Assembly: GCA_045597245.1 (NCBI GenBank)
Contig: JAZODY010000111.1
Coordinates: forward strand, 1-44,620
Direction of reading: 5' to 3'
DNA length: 44,620 bases
DNA from: Tidjanibacter sp.
GTDB taxonomy: Bacteria; Bacteroidota; Bacteroidia; Bacteroidales; Rikenellaceae
Positions 1 to 8,336 of this stretch are shown in pieces. Position numbers and translations under genes: made by a program. How positions within the stretch are numbered: the first letter of the stretch is position 1; each line of letters opens with the position of its first letter. The notes beneath the pieces were generated by a model that did no database searches, had not been told where the DNA came from, and worked only from the letters and a program-made list of their open reading frames with translations.

Positions 1-19
1 CATTCTCGGAGTAATTGAG
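1..19. repeat. Terminal direct repeat (1-19 = 44602-44620); circular assembly overlap
   Basis: CATTCTCGGAGTAATTGAG at both ends; the ORF starting at 44249 continues through the junction to GTT TAA at 20-25. Confidence 0.95.
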
Positions 20-47
20 GTTTAACGCAAGAAAGGAGGAATAGAAT

Positions 48-332
48 ATGGCAAAAAAGATTTCAAGAGCCGAAAGATATGATGTAATCTGCCGAGACAA
101 AGGACTGACTTTGCGAGAGTGTAAAGTGCTGTCTTTTGAGCGTGGCGAAAAGGCCGTATCGATTGGGACATTCCATTATACTCTCATGTGGGCCAATGTG
201 CCAATAATTATTTTCGATGGTATCGAAAGAGGAGCGAATGTAATTGTAAAAATTAATGATGATATTATAAAAGTTATTCGTTCCATTGCGAAAGATTGCG
301 GGCTTGTCGAAGTCACGACCAATCTTGCCTGA
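48..332 (+). CDS. Hypothetical protein, last gene of an early accessory cluster
   Basis: 94 aa ORF, AGGAGG upstream, followed by a hairpin at 341-371. Confidence 0.75.
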   Translation: MAKKISRAERYDVICRDKGLTLRECKVLSFERGEKAVSIGTFHYTLMWANVPIIIFDGIERGANVIVKINDDIIKVIRSIAKDCGLVEVTTNLA

Positions 333-340
333 AAAGTAGC

Positions 341-408
341 AAAAACCCCGCTCGAATGAATCCGGGCGGGGCGGTCTAATACCATTGTGAGCGATACGAT
401 GGGAAGAC
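341..408 (-). ncRNA. Putative antisense sRNA-1, complementary to the start region of gene 2002
   Basis: Minus-strand TATTTTTG -7 box at 413-420; GC hairpin + U5 terminator at 341-371; 381-411 resembles 1983-2015. Confidence 0.65.
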
Positions 409-451
409 AGAGCAAAAATAGGAAAATAGCGGGAATTTTCAGCGGTTCTCG

Positions 452-595
452 CTATTTCTTTTTGCTTTGCGTGGTCTTTTCGCGGTATCCTGATGCATAG
501 ATGGCGCGAGCTTGGGCTTCAGCTTGTGCACGAGTGGGATAAACTTTGCCGGATTGGCCCCAACGCCAGCCTCCGGGGACTTTCATAATAGGCAT
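452..595 (-). CDS. Small basic phage protein, 47 aa (MPIMKVPGGWRWGQSGKVYPTRAQAEAQARAIYASGYREKTTQSKKK); not in ORF track
   Basis: Manual translation; A-rich leader, minus-strand TAAATTTG promoter at 622-629, hairpin at 424-457 overlapping the stop. Confidence 0.8.
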   Translation of the reverse strand: MPIMKVPGGWRWGQSGKVYPTRAQAEAQARAIYASGYREKTTQSKKK

Positions 596-621
596 ACTGA
601 TATTTTTTTAAGGTTTCCTGA

Positions 622-648
622 CAAATTTAGGAAAAATTTCTATCTTTG
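622..648. promoter_or_regulatory. Divergent pair of Bacteroidota sigma-A -7 boxes
   Basis: TAAATTTG on minus strand (622-629) and TATCTTTG on plus strand (641-648). Confidence 0.7.
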
Positions 649-652
649 TATG

Positions 653-711
653 GTCATTTTTGACAGTCATATCAAAGTTCTGTTGCCCCGTTCGTCGAAA
701 CGGGGCTTTTT
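653..711 (+). ncRNA. Putative sRNA-2
   Basis: Promoter at 641-648, ~32 nt single-stranded region, then GCCCCGTT/AACGGGGC hairpin + T5; no credible ORF. Confidence 0.55.
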
Positions 712-774
712 CGTTACGTTGGAAACATAGGAAATTGTTGGAAATCGTTAAAAACTCAAAAAAAATAAAAAAAA

Positions 775-806
775 TGGTACAATGTTAAAAAAAAGTTGTA
801 TATTTG
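775..806 (+). promoter_or_regulatory. Early promoter repeat, copy 1
   Basis: TGGTACAATGTTAAAAAAAAGTTGTATATTTG ending in a TAnnTTTG box; also at 7030, 13307, 40878. Confidence 0.85.
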
Positions 807-869
807 TACCCAGAAAACATAACAACAACGGTCCGGGCCGGTTCCCGGTAAAACAAAAAAACAAAAGAT

Positions 870-1100
870 ATGGCAAACACAATTACACTTCGCTTCACAG
901 AACAAGAGCTCGACATCCTTTATTTTGCGCTGAATCATTACGCGCTGGAAAACATGAAAGAGTCCAAAACTTGGGCGAATGCGGCGGCGGCGATGGAACG
1001 CGGCGGTGATGACATCTGGGCCGCTACTGCAAGGCAGGCGGGCACGATTCAGGACCGCGTATATGACGCACAGAAGAAATTAGAAAAGAAAAACAAGTAA
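870..1100 (+). CDS. Hypothetical early protein
   Basis: 76 aa ORF with A-rich leader after early promoter 1. Confidence 0.75.
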   Translation: MANTITLRFTEQELDILYFALNHYALENMKESKTWANAAAAMERGGDDIWAATARQAGTIQDRVYDAQKKLEKKNK

Positions 1101-1104
1101 AGCC

Positions 1105-1590
1105 ATGTACTTCAAAATAGACAATAACCTGCGCAAGATTGCGGACTTCACAAATTGCATAACTTTCGAAGCCCTTTCGCGCCATCTGTGCGATGAATTT
1201 ATCGCAGCTGGTCTCATAGAAGATGAGCCGTATAACTACGGAAATTCGGTAATGAATGCGACGTGCGGCGCATTTGTAAGCGATGTCGCTGAAACGCTTT
1301 GTCACGCTCTTAGTGTGAAACGCGTGTCTGCGGATGTCTTCGGAGCATTTTGTGCCCTTACGCTCATGGGCGAAGGCAACTGCCCTGAATGCGGGGGAAC
1401 GATGGAACTCTATGAAGACGATGGCAAATGGCAGCCGAGCGGGGACAGGGATTGCCCGCCCTCATACGAATCCCATCATCGTGAATATCACTGCAACTGC
1501 TGCGGCTGTAAAGCCTTTGCAACCGGCCTTTCGGATGTTCAGGATTTCGACGCAGAAGACGAAAACAATATAACCTACGAAAATGATTAG
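1105..1590 (+). CDS. Zn-ribbon-containing hypothetical protein
   Basis: CPECGG ... CNCCGC motifs. Confidence 0.7.
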   Translation: MYFKIDNNLRKIADFTNCITFEALSRHLCDEFIAAGLIEDEPYNYGNSVMNATCGAFVSDVAETLCHALSVKRVSADVFGAFCALTLMGEGNCPECGGTMELYEDDGKWQPSGDRDCPPSYESHHREYHCNCCGCKAFATGLSDVQDFDAEDENNITYEND

Positions 1591-1813
1591 AATTGATGCA
1601 GCCATTGCCCGGGCGAAAGAACAGGGCATCAAGGTACGAAAGCTCGACCTCGCCGCGGAGATGTGGCCCGCTGCCACTCCGCAGGCACGGAGGGCTAACA
1701 TGACAAACCTCTGTTCCGGCAGGACTACCCGCGTGGAGCCGGAATGGGTTGAAAAGATTTGCAGGCGCTGCGGCTGCACCGCAGACTTCCTGCTGGGCCT
1801 GTCGAACGAATGA
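1583..1813 (+). CDS. XRE/Cro-like helix-turn-helix regulator
   Basis: 76 aa; DLAAEM...MTNLCSGRT...VEKICRRCGCTADFLLG pattern typical of HTH_XRE. Confidence 0.75.
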   Translation: MIRIDAAIARAKEQGIKVRKLDLAAEMWPAATPQARRANMTNLCSGRTTRVEPEWVEKICRRCGCTADFLLGLSNE

Positions 1814-1983
1814 AATACGACAATCATATAAATCTCATTTGGGTCGTGGTCTGGGGATTAGTTCTCGCGGGTGCTATCCTCGGTATGTTCTGGAAGCCGG
1901 CCCTGTGGATAATCGTCGGCGTGTCAGCCTTTATGCTGGCTGTGTTTGCCGCTGAATTTATCCGCATCCTACGGATGAAATAA
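1810..1983 (+). CDS. Small two-TM membrane protein
   Basis: Two hydrophobic stretches; ATGA overlap with the upstream gene. Confidence 0.65.
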   Translation: MKYDNHINLIWVVVWGLVLAGAILGMFWKPALWIIVGVSAFMLAVFAAEFIRILRMK

Positions 1984-2001
1984 CCATTTAAGCGATACGA
2001 T

Positions 2002-2988
2002 ATGGAACAGACAGAAAAGACAACAATCGAGTTCGTGCCCGGCCTATCGGCCGAGGAGATGCGAGCACTCTTTTTCGACGCAACAGCCCTGACCGAGCCG
2101 CCTTACAAGGTGTATCAGCTCAATTCGGAAGGGTGGCGTTATTACTACCGATTCAACGAGCTGGGAGAGCCGGAGTTCTATCCCTCCGTCACGACGCTGC
2201 TGCACCGAGTTATGCCGACCAGCCCTTTCCTGATTGATTGGATTGTGGCTAATGGCAAGGAAGGCGCAGCCGAGAAGCGCGACCTTGCGGCCGCATACGG
2301 GACATTCATGCACGCGCAGTTCGAAGCCCTGCTGATTATGGGGCAATACGATTTCGATACCGTGCCACTTACATTGCAGGCATATATAGAACGCGAGAAT
2401 CTGCCTGACAAGGTATTCAATGAGTGGGCCGTCAAAATCCGCAAAGACATCCTCGCATTCGTACAGTTCGTGCGTGACTACAAGGTACGTCCGCTGGCGA
2501 TAGAGATTGCGCTGGTGCATCCTGACAAGCGCTATGCCGGTTGTATCGACTTGCCGTGCATCCTGACCGACCCCAAGACCGGGGAGGAGTTCTCCGCAAT
2601 CGTGGACTTCAAGAGCGGACGAAAAGGGTTCTGGGAAGAACACGAGCTGCAACTGCACATGTATAAAGATATGTGGAATGTGACCTTCCCGCAGAAGCCT
2701 ATCGAAAGGGTGTTCAACTTTGCTCCGAAGGATTGGCGCACAAAGCCGACATATACCTTCAAGGAACAAACGGGCTCCGTCAACGCGGCCAAATTGCCAG
2801 CACTGCTTGCGCTGGCCGCTATCGAGGACGACAAACGCGATAACACGCTGACGGTCGTGACCGGGCGCGTGGAACTCTTTGACGGTTCTCTCGAAGACAA
2901 CATCCAGACGCTCTCTCTTGCCGAGCTGGTGAAATCCAAACCGGCAGAGGCCGTGCCGGAACAGAGTGATAACGAAATCGGATTGTGA
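2002..2988 (+). CDS. PD-(D/E)XK exonuclease (phage recombination nuclease)
   Basis: YPSVTT, GTFMH, YAGCID, IVDFKSG, QLHMY motifs. Confidence 0.85.
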   Translation: MEQTEKTTIEFVPGLSAEEMRALFFDATALTEPPYKVYQLNSEGWRYYYRFNELGEPEFYPSVTTLLHRVMPTSPFLIDWIVANGKEGAAEKRDLAAAYGTFMHAQFEALLIMGQYDFDTVPLTLQAYIERENLPDKVFNEWAVKIRKDILAFVQFVRDYKVRPLAIEIALVHPDKRYAGCIDLPCILTDPKTGEEFSAIVDFKSGRKGFWEEHELQLHMYKDMWNVTFPQKPIERVFNFAPKDWRTKPTYTFKEQTGSVNAAKLPALLALAAIEDDKRDNTLTVVTGRVELFDGSLEDNIQTLSLAELVKSKPAEAVPEQSDNEIGL

Positions 2989-2989
2989 T

Positions 2990-3703
2990 ATGGGCGGAAG
3001 GATTATAAGGCCCGAACAGGGCGCGGCAATGCTTGAATTGCCCGAAATCGGCCGCTTGCATATCGGCATGAAAAACGAGCGCGGCCTTCCGACTTCAATA
3101 GATTGGTTCCGCCCCACGGGAAAGTATGCAGCCCTTTTCACGGCTGCACTTGGAGAACGGCCCCAGACAATACAGGTGATTTTCCCTGACGACGACCCGA
3201 CAAAGGTCTGCAATGAACGCTACGAATATCGGGACGATAAGGGGGCGCTCGTCGCTCGCGGTGACGGCAGAACCTTCGAAGTCTGGAACGGGAAGAAATA
3301 TGCGCCGTTCTCCGTCAATGAGCATCCCGACCTCATGAAGCGTCTTGCGGAGCGTTATCCGACGCGGCGCGGGCTGGAGAATTGGGATATTGCCCTGACG
3401 CTGCGTTTCATCGTGCCGGCGGTGCGCGGAGTTGTGGGAGTGTGGCAGTTCTCAACGAAAGGAGCGGCATCTTCCGTGAAGAATATCCGCAACTCTTTCG
3501 ACGGGGTGCAGCTCATGCGCGGCACGGTCACGCAGACCGTCTTCGACCTATCAGTGCAGTTTGCCAAGAGCAACAAGCCGGGCGTCAATTCGCGTTACCC
3601 GGTCGTGTCGCTGGTGGCGAATGACACGCGCATCGACGAAATCCGCAAAGCGATAGCCCCGACAGAAAATTTGTCATTATTGTTGCCGGAAGAAAGAAAA
3701 TAA
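2990..3703 (+). CDS. Recombination protein, Gp3-like/RDF-like family (putative annealase partner)
   Basis: LPEIGRLHIG..G.P...DWF...GERP..I..IFP pattern recalled from that family; adjacent to the exonuclease. Confidence 0.55.
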   Translation: MGGRIIRPEQGAAMLELPEIGRLHIGMKNERGLPTSIDWFRPTGKYAALFTAALGERPQTIQVIFPDDDPTKVCNERYEYRDDKGALVARGDGRTFEVWNGKKYAPFSVNEHPDLMKRLAERYPTRRGLENWDIALTLRFIVPAVRGVVGVWQFSTKGAASSVKNIRNSFDGVQLMRGTVTQTVFDLSVQFAKSNKPGVNSRYPVVSLVANDTRIDEIRKAIAPTENLSLLLPEERK

Positions 3704-3704
3704 T

Positions 3705-3800
3705 TATATTTGCAACGTCGATGCTGCCGACACGAAGACTTTTAAGTTATCCCGAAGAGTAACTATATGGCAGCATCATATAGTGAAATTCGGGATAATC
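3705..3800 (+). promoter_or_regulatory. Promoter plus pseudoknotted 5' leader of the replication operon
   Basis: TATATTTG at 3705-3712; GATGCTGCC (3720-3728) complementary to loop GGCAGCATC (3769-3777) of a long hairpin at 3746-3799. Confidence 0.75.
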
Positions 3801-3808
3801 TTTTTAAG

Positions 3809-4279
3809 ATGCAAGACAAAAAAACAATTAGAATTTATCATCAGCCGGGAAATTTTATCTTTACGGTCTGGGATAAGAACGGCTTCCCACTGTATGTCGG
3901 GGGAACAAAAGACATTAATGCAAAATCTTTCAAATTTGCTTTTCCCTTCGCTGACATAACAGGTTATTATTACCCTGAAAGTTGGCCGGATTTTGAAGAT
4001 GAAATAGATAGACAGATAGCGGAAATCAAGCCTATCTATAACACTTGCCTACATTCTTCTTTCACTCAAAAGATGCTACTCAAATATCTTAAAGGTCTTT
4101 TCAAAAAGTCTGGAATACCTTACAATAAGAGCATCGAGCAACGGGCTATTCAGCTATTCGACGAATCAGATAAATTAATTTTCAGAGGGCAATTTTATAT
4201 CGGAAAATTTGATAGAGATTTACTTGCTGAAAGTCTTATTAATGAACTTGGATTTGAAATTGTATGGAACAGACAATAA
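3809..4279 (+). CDS. GIY-YIG-like domain protein (start probably 3809, not 3767)
   Basis: FIFTVWDKNGFPLYVGGT ... E ... IAEIKPIYN; the upstream ATG is buried in the leader hairpin. Confidence 0.55.
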   Translation: MQDKKTIRIYHQPGNFIFTVWDKNGFPLYVGGTKDINAKSFKFAFPFADITGYYYPESWPDFEDEIDRQIAEIKPIYNTCLHSSFTQKMLLKYLKGLFKKSGIPYNKSIEQRAIQLFDESDKLIFRGQFYIGKFDRDLLAESLINELGFEIVWNRQ

Positions 4280-5022
4280 TCAATCACCCCTGTAATGGGA
4301 ATTTCACTATAATACCGAATGACTTATTGCAAAACCCAGAACTTTCAATTTTTGCGAGGGGCTTGCTTGTTTTCATTCTTTCGCTGCCCTCTAATTGGGA
4401 GATTCACGTGGCGCAAATAGCGGCAAAATTTGACGAAAGCGAGCACAAAATCTTAAAGGCCCTCCGGGAACTTATAGAGCTGGGATATTGCAAGCGTGAG
4501 CCGTTGCGAAAGGACGGAAGACTTCACGGACAGCAATACATCATAACAGACACACCGAACTGTTTTTCAGCCCCCGTCAAAAACAGGGGGGCAGAGTTCG
4601 GAGCAGCCCCCGCCGAAATCCAGCCCACTGAAAATTCAGCCCCACAGAAAAATGAGGGGGCAATAAAAGAATATAATCTATTTGACAAAGAAAATATAGA
4701 TGAGATAGAAAAAGAAAGAACTCGCGCAAAAGGCACGAGTGAGAAGAAGGATATTCTCTTTGTTGATAGTAGATATTTCGAAATGGATAAATTCTTGGCT
4801 GCATTCCCGCAGAAAGAATTCGCCGGCATCGATTTGGTATATTATTACCATGCTGTTGCAGATTGGAGCGCGAGCAAAGGCGCGAAACGAAGGGATTGGA
4901 TAGCATGTGCCCGAAATATAATCCGCAGCGACATTGAGAAGAACAAATTGCATCGGCTGGCGGTCGGGGGCGCGGCCCTTTCGCCGGATGCAATCAAGTA
5001 TTTACAAGACATGGCCGACTAA
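4264..5022 (+). CDS. Phage replication initiator (N-terminal winged HTH)
   Basis: NFTIIPNDLL..PELS..ARGLL..ILS...W; internal iterons; C-terminal DW.ACARN. Confidence 0.8.
   Translation: MEQTIINHPCNGNFTIIPNDLLQNPELSIFARGLLVFILSLPSNWEIHVAQIAAKFDESEHKILKALRELIELGYCKREPLRKDGRLHGQQYIITDTPNCFSAPVKNRGAEFGAAPAEIQPTENSAPQKNEGAIKEYNLFDKENIDEIEKERTRAKGTSEKKDILFVDSRYFEMDKFLAAFPQKEFAGIDLVYYYHAVADWSASKGAKRRDWIACARNIIRSDIEKNKLHRLAVGGAALSPDAIKYLQDMAD
4566..4720. repeat. Putative replication origin: iterons plus AT-rich tract
   Basis: CAGCCC(C/A) at 4568, 4604, 4621, 4637; inverted GGGGGC at ~4587 and 4656; A/T-rich 4662-4720, all inside the initiator gene as in lambda O. Confidence 0.7.
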
Positions 5023-5858
5023 TGGAACAGAATACACAAATAGCCCTACGGCCCGTCACGAACACGGCCGTTGCGCAGCGCCGCGAGATGGCAAAGAATA
5101 CGGCATTGTTGAATGCGCTCGAAACCATTGACAGAGCCCTGTTCATCGCATCCACTGAAAAGACCGTTGCGGAATATAGCGCCGGAGAACTCTCTGCTGA
5201 ATTGGCAGTGGCCTTGAAATGGATTTGCAAAGATGTGGGGTATAGGGTCGCCGATGAAGGAGACCGGCAATATCTGATAATCCGCACGGCAGAAATCCTC
5301 AAGCGCTACTATGCGACCTTTACCTTGAAGGATTTCAAGATGGCTTTTGAAATGGCAATAACGGGTGAGCTCGACGATTATCTGCCGAAAGGCCGGGATG
5401 GTCAGCCAGACCGCAATCATTACCAGCAATTCAATGCAGAGTACATTTGCAAAATTCTCAATGCCTACAAGGTCCGGCGGAACAGGGCTTTGAAAAAGGC
5501 CGCAGAACTGATGCCGCCTGCCCCGAAAGAAAGGGACTATGAACAGGAAAAGGTCTATCGCAACGCTTGTCGTCGTACTCTTATCGAGGCATTCGAATAC
5601 TTCCGCGAGTATTGGTCTTTGCCGGTTATGTTCAACACGACTGAAATGCTTTGTTACCGCTATCTATCTGAAGCTGGGCTTGTGGAGCCGCGGGAAATCA
5701 CCGGCGAGGAGCAGCAGCGCATTATTACAGGCGATATGTATATGCTTGCAGGCAGTGGGCAGAGTTTTATGACAGAACGCCACAAGGAACTGGAACGCAT
5801 TTTCGCGCAGATGGTTAATGATGGCGTCGATATTAATGACTACATAACTTTTGAATGA
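5022..5858 (+). CDS. Replication-associated protein (possible helicase loader)
   Basis: 278 aa ORF coupled to the initiator; function inferred from position only. Confidence 0.45.
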   Translation: MEQNTQIALRPVTNTAVAQRREMAKNTALLNALETIDRALFIASTEKTVAEYSAGELSAELAVALKWICKDVGYRVADEGDRQYLIIRTAEILKRYYATFTLKDFKMAFEMAITGELDDYLPKGRDGQPDRNHYQQFNAEYICKILNAYKVRRNRALKKAAELMPPAPKERDYEQEKVYRNACRRTLIEAFEYFREYWSLPVMFNTTEMLCYRYLSEAGLVEPREITGEEQQRIITGDMYMLAGSGQSFMTERHKELERIFAQMVNDGVDINDYITFE

Positions 5859-6406
5859 TAGAAATAAATTGCATAATCGGGATTGACCCGGGTTCTTCCG
5901 GTGCGTTATGCGTGTTTATCCCGGGCGAATTTGTCAAAGTCGCCAAGATGCCAAAGGACATCACAGAACTGCGGGACTTCTTTGCGTATTATCGCGAAAA
6001 TTACAGGCCGCTCGTATTCCTTGAAAAACTCTCTGTCCGCCCGGACGACATAACCTCCGACGACAAGGGGACGAACATGGGCAAGCTCTACCGCATCCAA
6101 AAGATGATGGCGAATTTCGAGCATTTGAAAGCCATGATGGAAGCCGAGGGAGTCCCGTATGTTATGGTACATCCCATGACATGGCAAACGAAGCTCAAAT
6201 TGCGCGAGCGAGGCGAGAAAGAAGACAAAGCCGTCAGGAAGCGCCGTTATTGCGCAGTTGCGGCGAAGTTCTACCCTTCCGCAAAGGTGACGCTCTGGAA
6301 TGCGGATGCGCTACTAATTATGCACTTCGGTCGCTGGGCGGTTGTGAATGATGCGCAGTGGGTGCGGGCGAATCTTCCGGCAGACGAACGACAGAGACTA
6401 TTTTAA
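5855..6406 (+). CDS. RuvC-like Holliday junction resolvase
   Basis: IIGIDPGSSGA, VFLEK, P.TWQ, ADALLI motifs. Confidence 0.85.
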   Translation: MIEINCIIGIDPGSSGALCVFIPGEFVKVAKMPKDITELRDFFAYYRENYRPLVFLEKLSVRPDDITSDDKGTNMGKLYRIQKMMANFEHLKAMMEAEGVPYVMVHPMTWQTKLKLRERGEKEDKAVRKRRYCAVAAKFYPSAKVTLWNADALLIMHFGRWAVVNDAQWVRANLPADERQRLF

Positions 6407-6407
6407 T

Positions 6408-6566
6408 ATGCTGACATTCAAAGAATGGTTGTCCCGATATGGGAACGAGTCTTGCGACGGGTGTCTCTATAATATCCCGCACCGCGCAAAATGCACTTTC
6501 AAAAAGGGCTGCATCCGTTACGAAGACTATAAAAAGACATATTCCCTCCAAAAACGCCATTTTTAG
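6408..6566 (+). CDS. Small Cys-rich hypothetical protein
   Basis: CDGC...C...C, 52 aa. Confidence 0.5.
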   Translation: MLTFKEWLSRYGNESCDGCLYNIPHRAKCTFKKGCIRYEDYKKTYSLQKRHF

Positions 6567-6610
6567 CCCATTTAAGAGCCGCGAAACGAAAAAACAATAA
6601 AACCCTTATG
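6561..6610. repeat. Dispersed TTTAAGAG element, copy 1
   Basis: TTTAAGAGCCGCGAA at 6571-6585 identical to 20181-20195. Confidence 0.7.
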
Positions 6611-6823
6611 GAAGACATTAAGATTCCTCTAATCGCAAATCTTGACGAAATAACTCCCGAACAGGCGCGGGAGTATGTCGAGTTCGTTGCAACGCTGCGC
6701 CTTAATCAGCGCCGGTGGTTCAGTACGCATAACCCGCAGGCACTGGAAACCAGCAAATGGATGGAGCATGCCCTTGACAAACTCAACGGCGCTCTGTTAG
6801 ACCCTAACCCAAAACTATTCTAA
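6608..6823 (+). CDS. Hypothetical protein
   Basis: 71 aa ORF with A-rich leader. Confidence 0.7.
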   Translation: MEDIKIPLIANLDEITPEQAREYVEFVATLRLNQRRWFSTHNPQALETSKWMEHALDKLNGALLDPNPKLF

Positions 6824-6824
6824 T

Positions 6825-7013
6825 ATGAAGACGCGCATAATCTGTCAGAATGATTCCCTGACAATCGAAATCCAGCGGGCGAAGTTCAAACATTGGTTCC
6901 GGTACGGGCAGCACCGCGAAACTGATGCGGCCTTTACGCAAGCGCTGGCAGAGGGCGCAGTCGAATGGCCGCGAAAAATCATCAATCGGGGACAACTTTT
7001 TCCAGAAAAGTGA
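6825..7013 (+). CDS. Hypothetical protein
   Basis: 62 aa ORF abutting the previous gene. Confidence 0.55.
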   Translation: MKTRIICQNDSLTIEIQRAKFKHWFRYGQHRETDAAFTQALAEGAVEWPRKIINRGQLFPEK

Positions 7014-7029
7014 AAAAAGTTAAATTTTT

Positions 7030-7061
7030 TGGTACAATGTTAAAAAAAAGTTGTATATTTG
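7030..7061 (+). promoter_or_regulatory. Early promoter repeat, copy 2
   Basis: Identical 32-mer to 775-806; downstream leader also nearly identical to ~7105. Confidence 0.85.
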
Positions 7062-7118
7062 CCTTCGAAAACATAACAACAACGGCCCGGGCCGGTTCCC
7101 GGTAAAAAGAGAAAAACA

Positions 7119-7355
7119 ATGAATAACGAACTTAACAACATCAAATCCCTTGCCGCGAAATTCTTGGAAATCGCAGACGAACTCAATGAGAAGGTTTCCG
7201 CATATCTTAATGGCTCTACTGCAAAAGAAGCCGAGGAAGCCTACGAGAAGGTCATCGCAACAGAAGTGGAATTCACAAAGGCCGCAAATGCTTATTACGG
7301 AGAGAGCTGGAAACCCTGCCTCAATTACGAACTCGCTGAAAGTTTCCTTTATTAA
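7119..7355 (+). CDS. Hypothetical early protein
   Basis: 78 aa ORF after promoter 2. Confidence 0.75.
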   Translation: MNNELNNIKSLAAKFLEIADELNEKVSAYLNGSTAKEAEEAYEKVIATEVEFTKAANAYYGESWKPCLNYELAESFLY

Positions 7356-7365
7356 TCATACATCT

Positions 7366-7605
7366 ATGAAAAAAGATATTTTGAAACAGATGATGAACAC
7401 CAAGATTGGTGCGATTGCGGGAACGACCGTTGACGTTACGGTTTTATCCGGACGTAAGGTTGGGGGAATTTACCTTACCGTTGAAATTGAGGGCAACGCG
7501 ACTGCTGCTGTTTCCAAGATTCAAAATTTCTTCGGTGCAAAATTCGATGGTTCTGAATATGATAAGGAATTGAACTATACGTATTGCGGAATCGAACTTG
7601 AATAA
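7366..7605 (+). CDS. Hypothetical early protein
   Basis: 79 aa from ATG 7366 (MKKDILKQ...). Confidence 0.7.
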   Translation: MKKDILKQMMNTKIGAIAGTTVDVTVLSGRKVGGIYLTVEIEGNATAAVSKIQNFFGAKFDGSEYDKELNYTYCGIELE

Positions 7606-7612
7606 CAGACAT

Positions 7613-7683
7613 TGCGCCGTGGTGTAATGGTAACACCCGAGTTTTTGGCACTCGTATTCCTCGTTCGAATCGGGGCGGCGCAG
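7613..7683 (+). tRNA. tRNA-Gln (UUG)
   Basis: Acceptor TGCGCCG/CGGCGCA, D stem GTGT/ACAC, anticodon stem CGAGT/ACTCG with TTG at 7645-7647, T arm CCTCG-TTCGAAT-CGGGG, discriminator G, no encoded CCA. Confidence 0.92.
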
Positions 7684-7726
7684 CAAGACTGACCGGGCAG
7701 ATTTCCCGGATTAAAAAACTATTTTT

Positions 7727-8164
7727 ATGAACGACAAAACCATTATCAAAAGAAGCCCAAAGGGTGAAGACTATGTATTCATCCGATTAAGCAATTTCAA
7801 AGTATGCGTCACTCGCGACGAGTATTTCGATAGCGATGACGAGCGCTACGAATCCGGGAACTATTTCCACTCCACCGAAACTGCAAAGAAATGCGTCGGC
7901 ACGCTGCGCGAGCTGTATGGCGAACGCCTTGAATCGTTTGCGTACAACAAGACGCTGAACGAGCATTCTTTTATCAAGAGCATCGGGGATATAATCAAGA
8001 CCCACAAGCTCGGTGCGGAAGGTGCCAAAAAAGCCAAGGCCGCAGATGCCATGCTGGCAGCCTTTAAGGACTACGCTTCCAATAGAGACCGAATCAATAA
8101 AGATTTGGCTACTACCCGCGAATGCGTCATCGAAACCATAAAAGAATTCAATCATGAAGACTAA
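7727..8164 (+). CDS. Hypothetical protein
   Basis: 145 aa ORF; D..RYESGNYF motif. Confidence 0.7.
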   Translation: MNDKTIIKRSPKGEDYVFIRLSNFKVCVTRDEYFDSDDERYESGNYFHSTETAKKCVGTLRELYGERLESFAYNKTLNEHSFIKSIGDIIKTHKLGAEGAKKAKAADAMLAAFKDYASNRDRINKDLATTRECVIETIKEFNHED

Positions 8165-8336
8165 AACTATCATAGCATACGACCGTGGCTACGGGAGGTG
8201 GCCGTGGCGTGTTCTGGTCGACGGGAAGAAAGACCCGCGCAACCGCGATTTCGAATCATTCGAAGATGTCCAAAGCACATACCGCATCTTACAGGCTGCG
8301 GGTTTCTATCATGGTTATACCATCGTAGCAGAATGA
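8154..8336 (+). CDS. Hypothetical protein
   Basis: 60 aa ORF overlapping its neighbours. Confidence 0.6.
   Translation: MKTKTIIAYDRGYGRWPWRVLVDGKKDPRNRDFESFEDVQSTYRILQAAGFYHGYTIVAE

Noticed and set aside
1-19. Biological terminal repeat of the virion DNA
   Set aside because: Only 19 nt and inside a gene; more consistent with an assembler overlap of a circular contig
512-1009. ORFs 512-730, 756-938 and 782-1009
   Set aside because: They overlap promoters, a terminator and better-supported genes (452-595 minus, 870-1100 plus)
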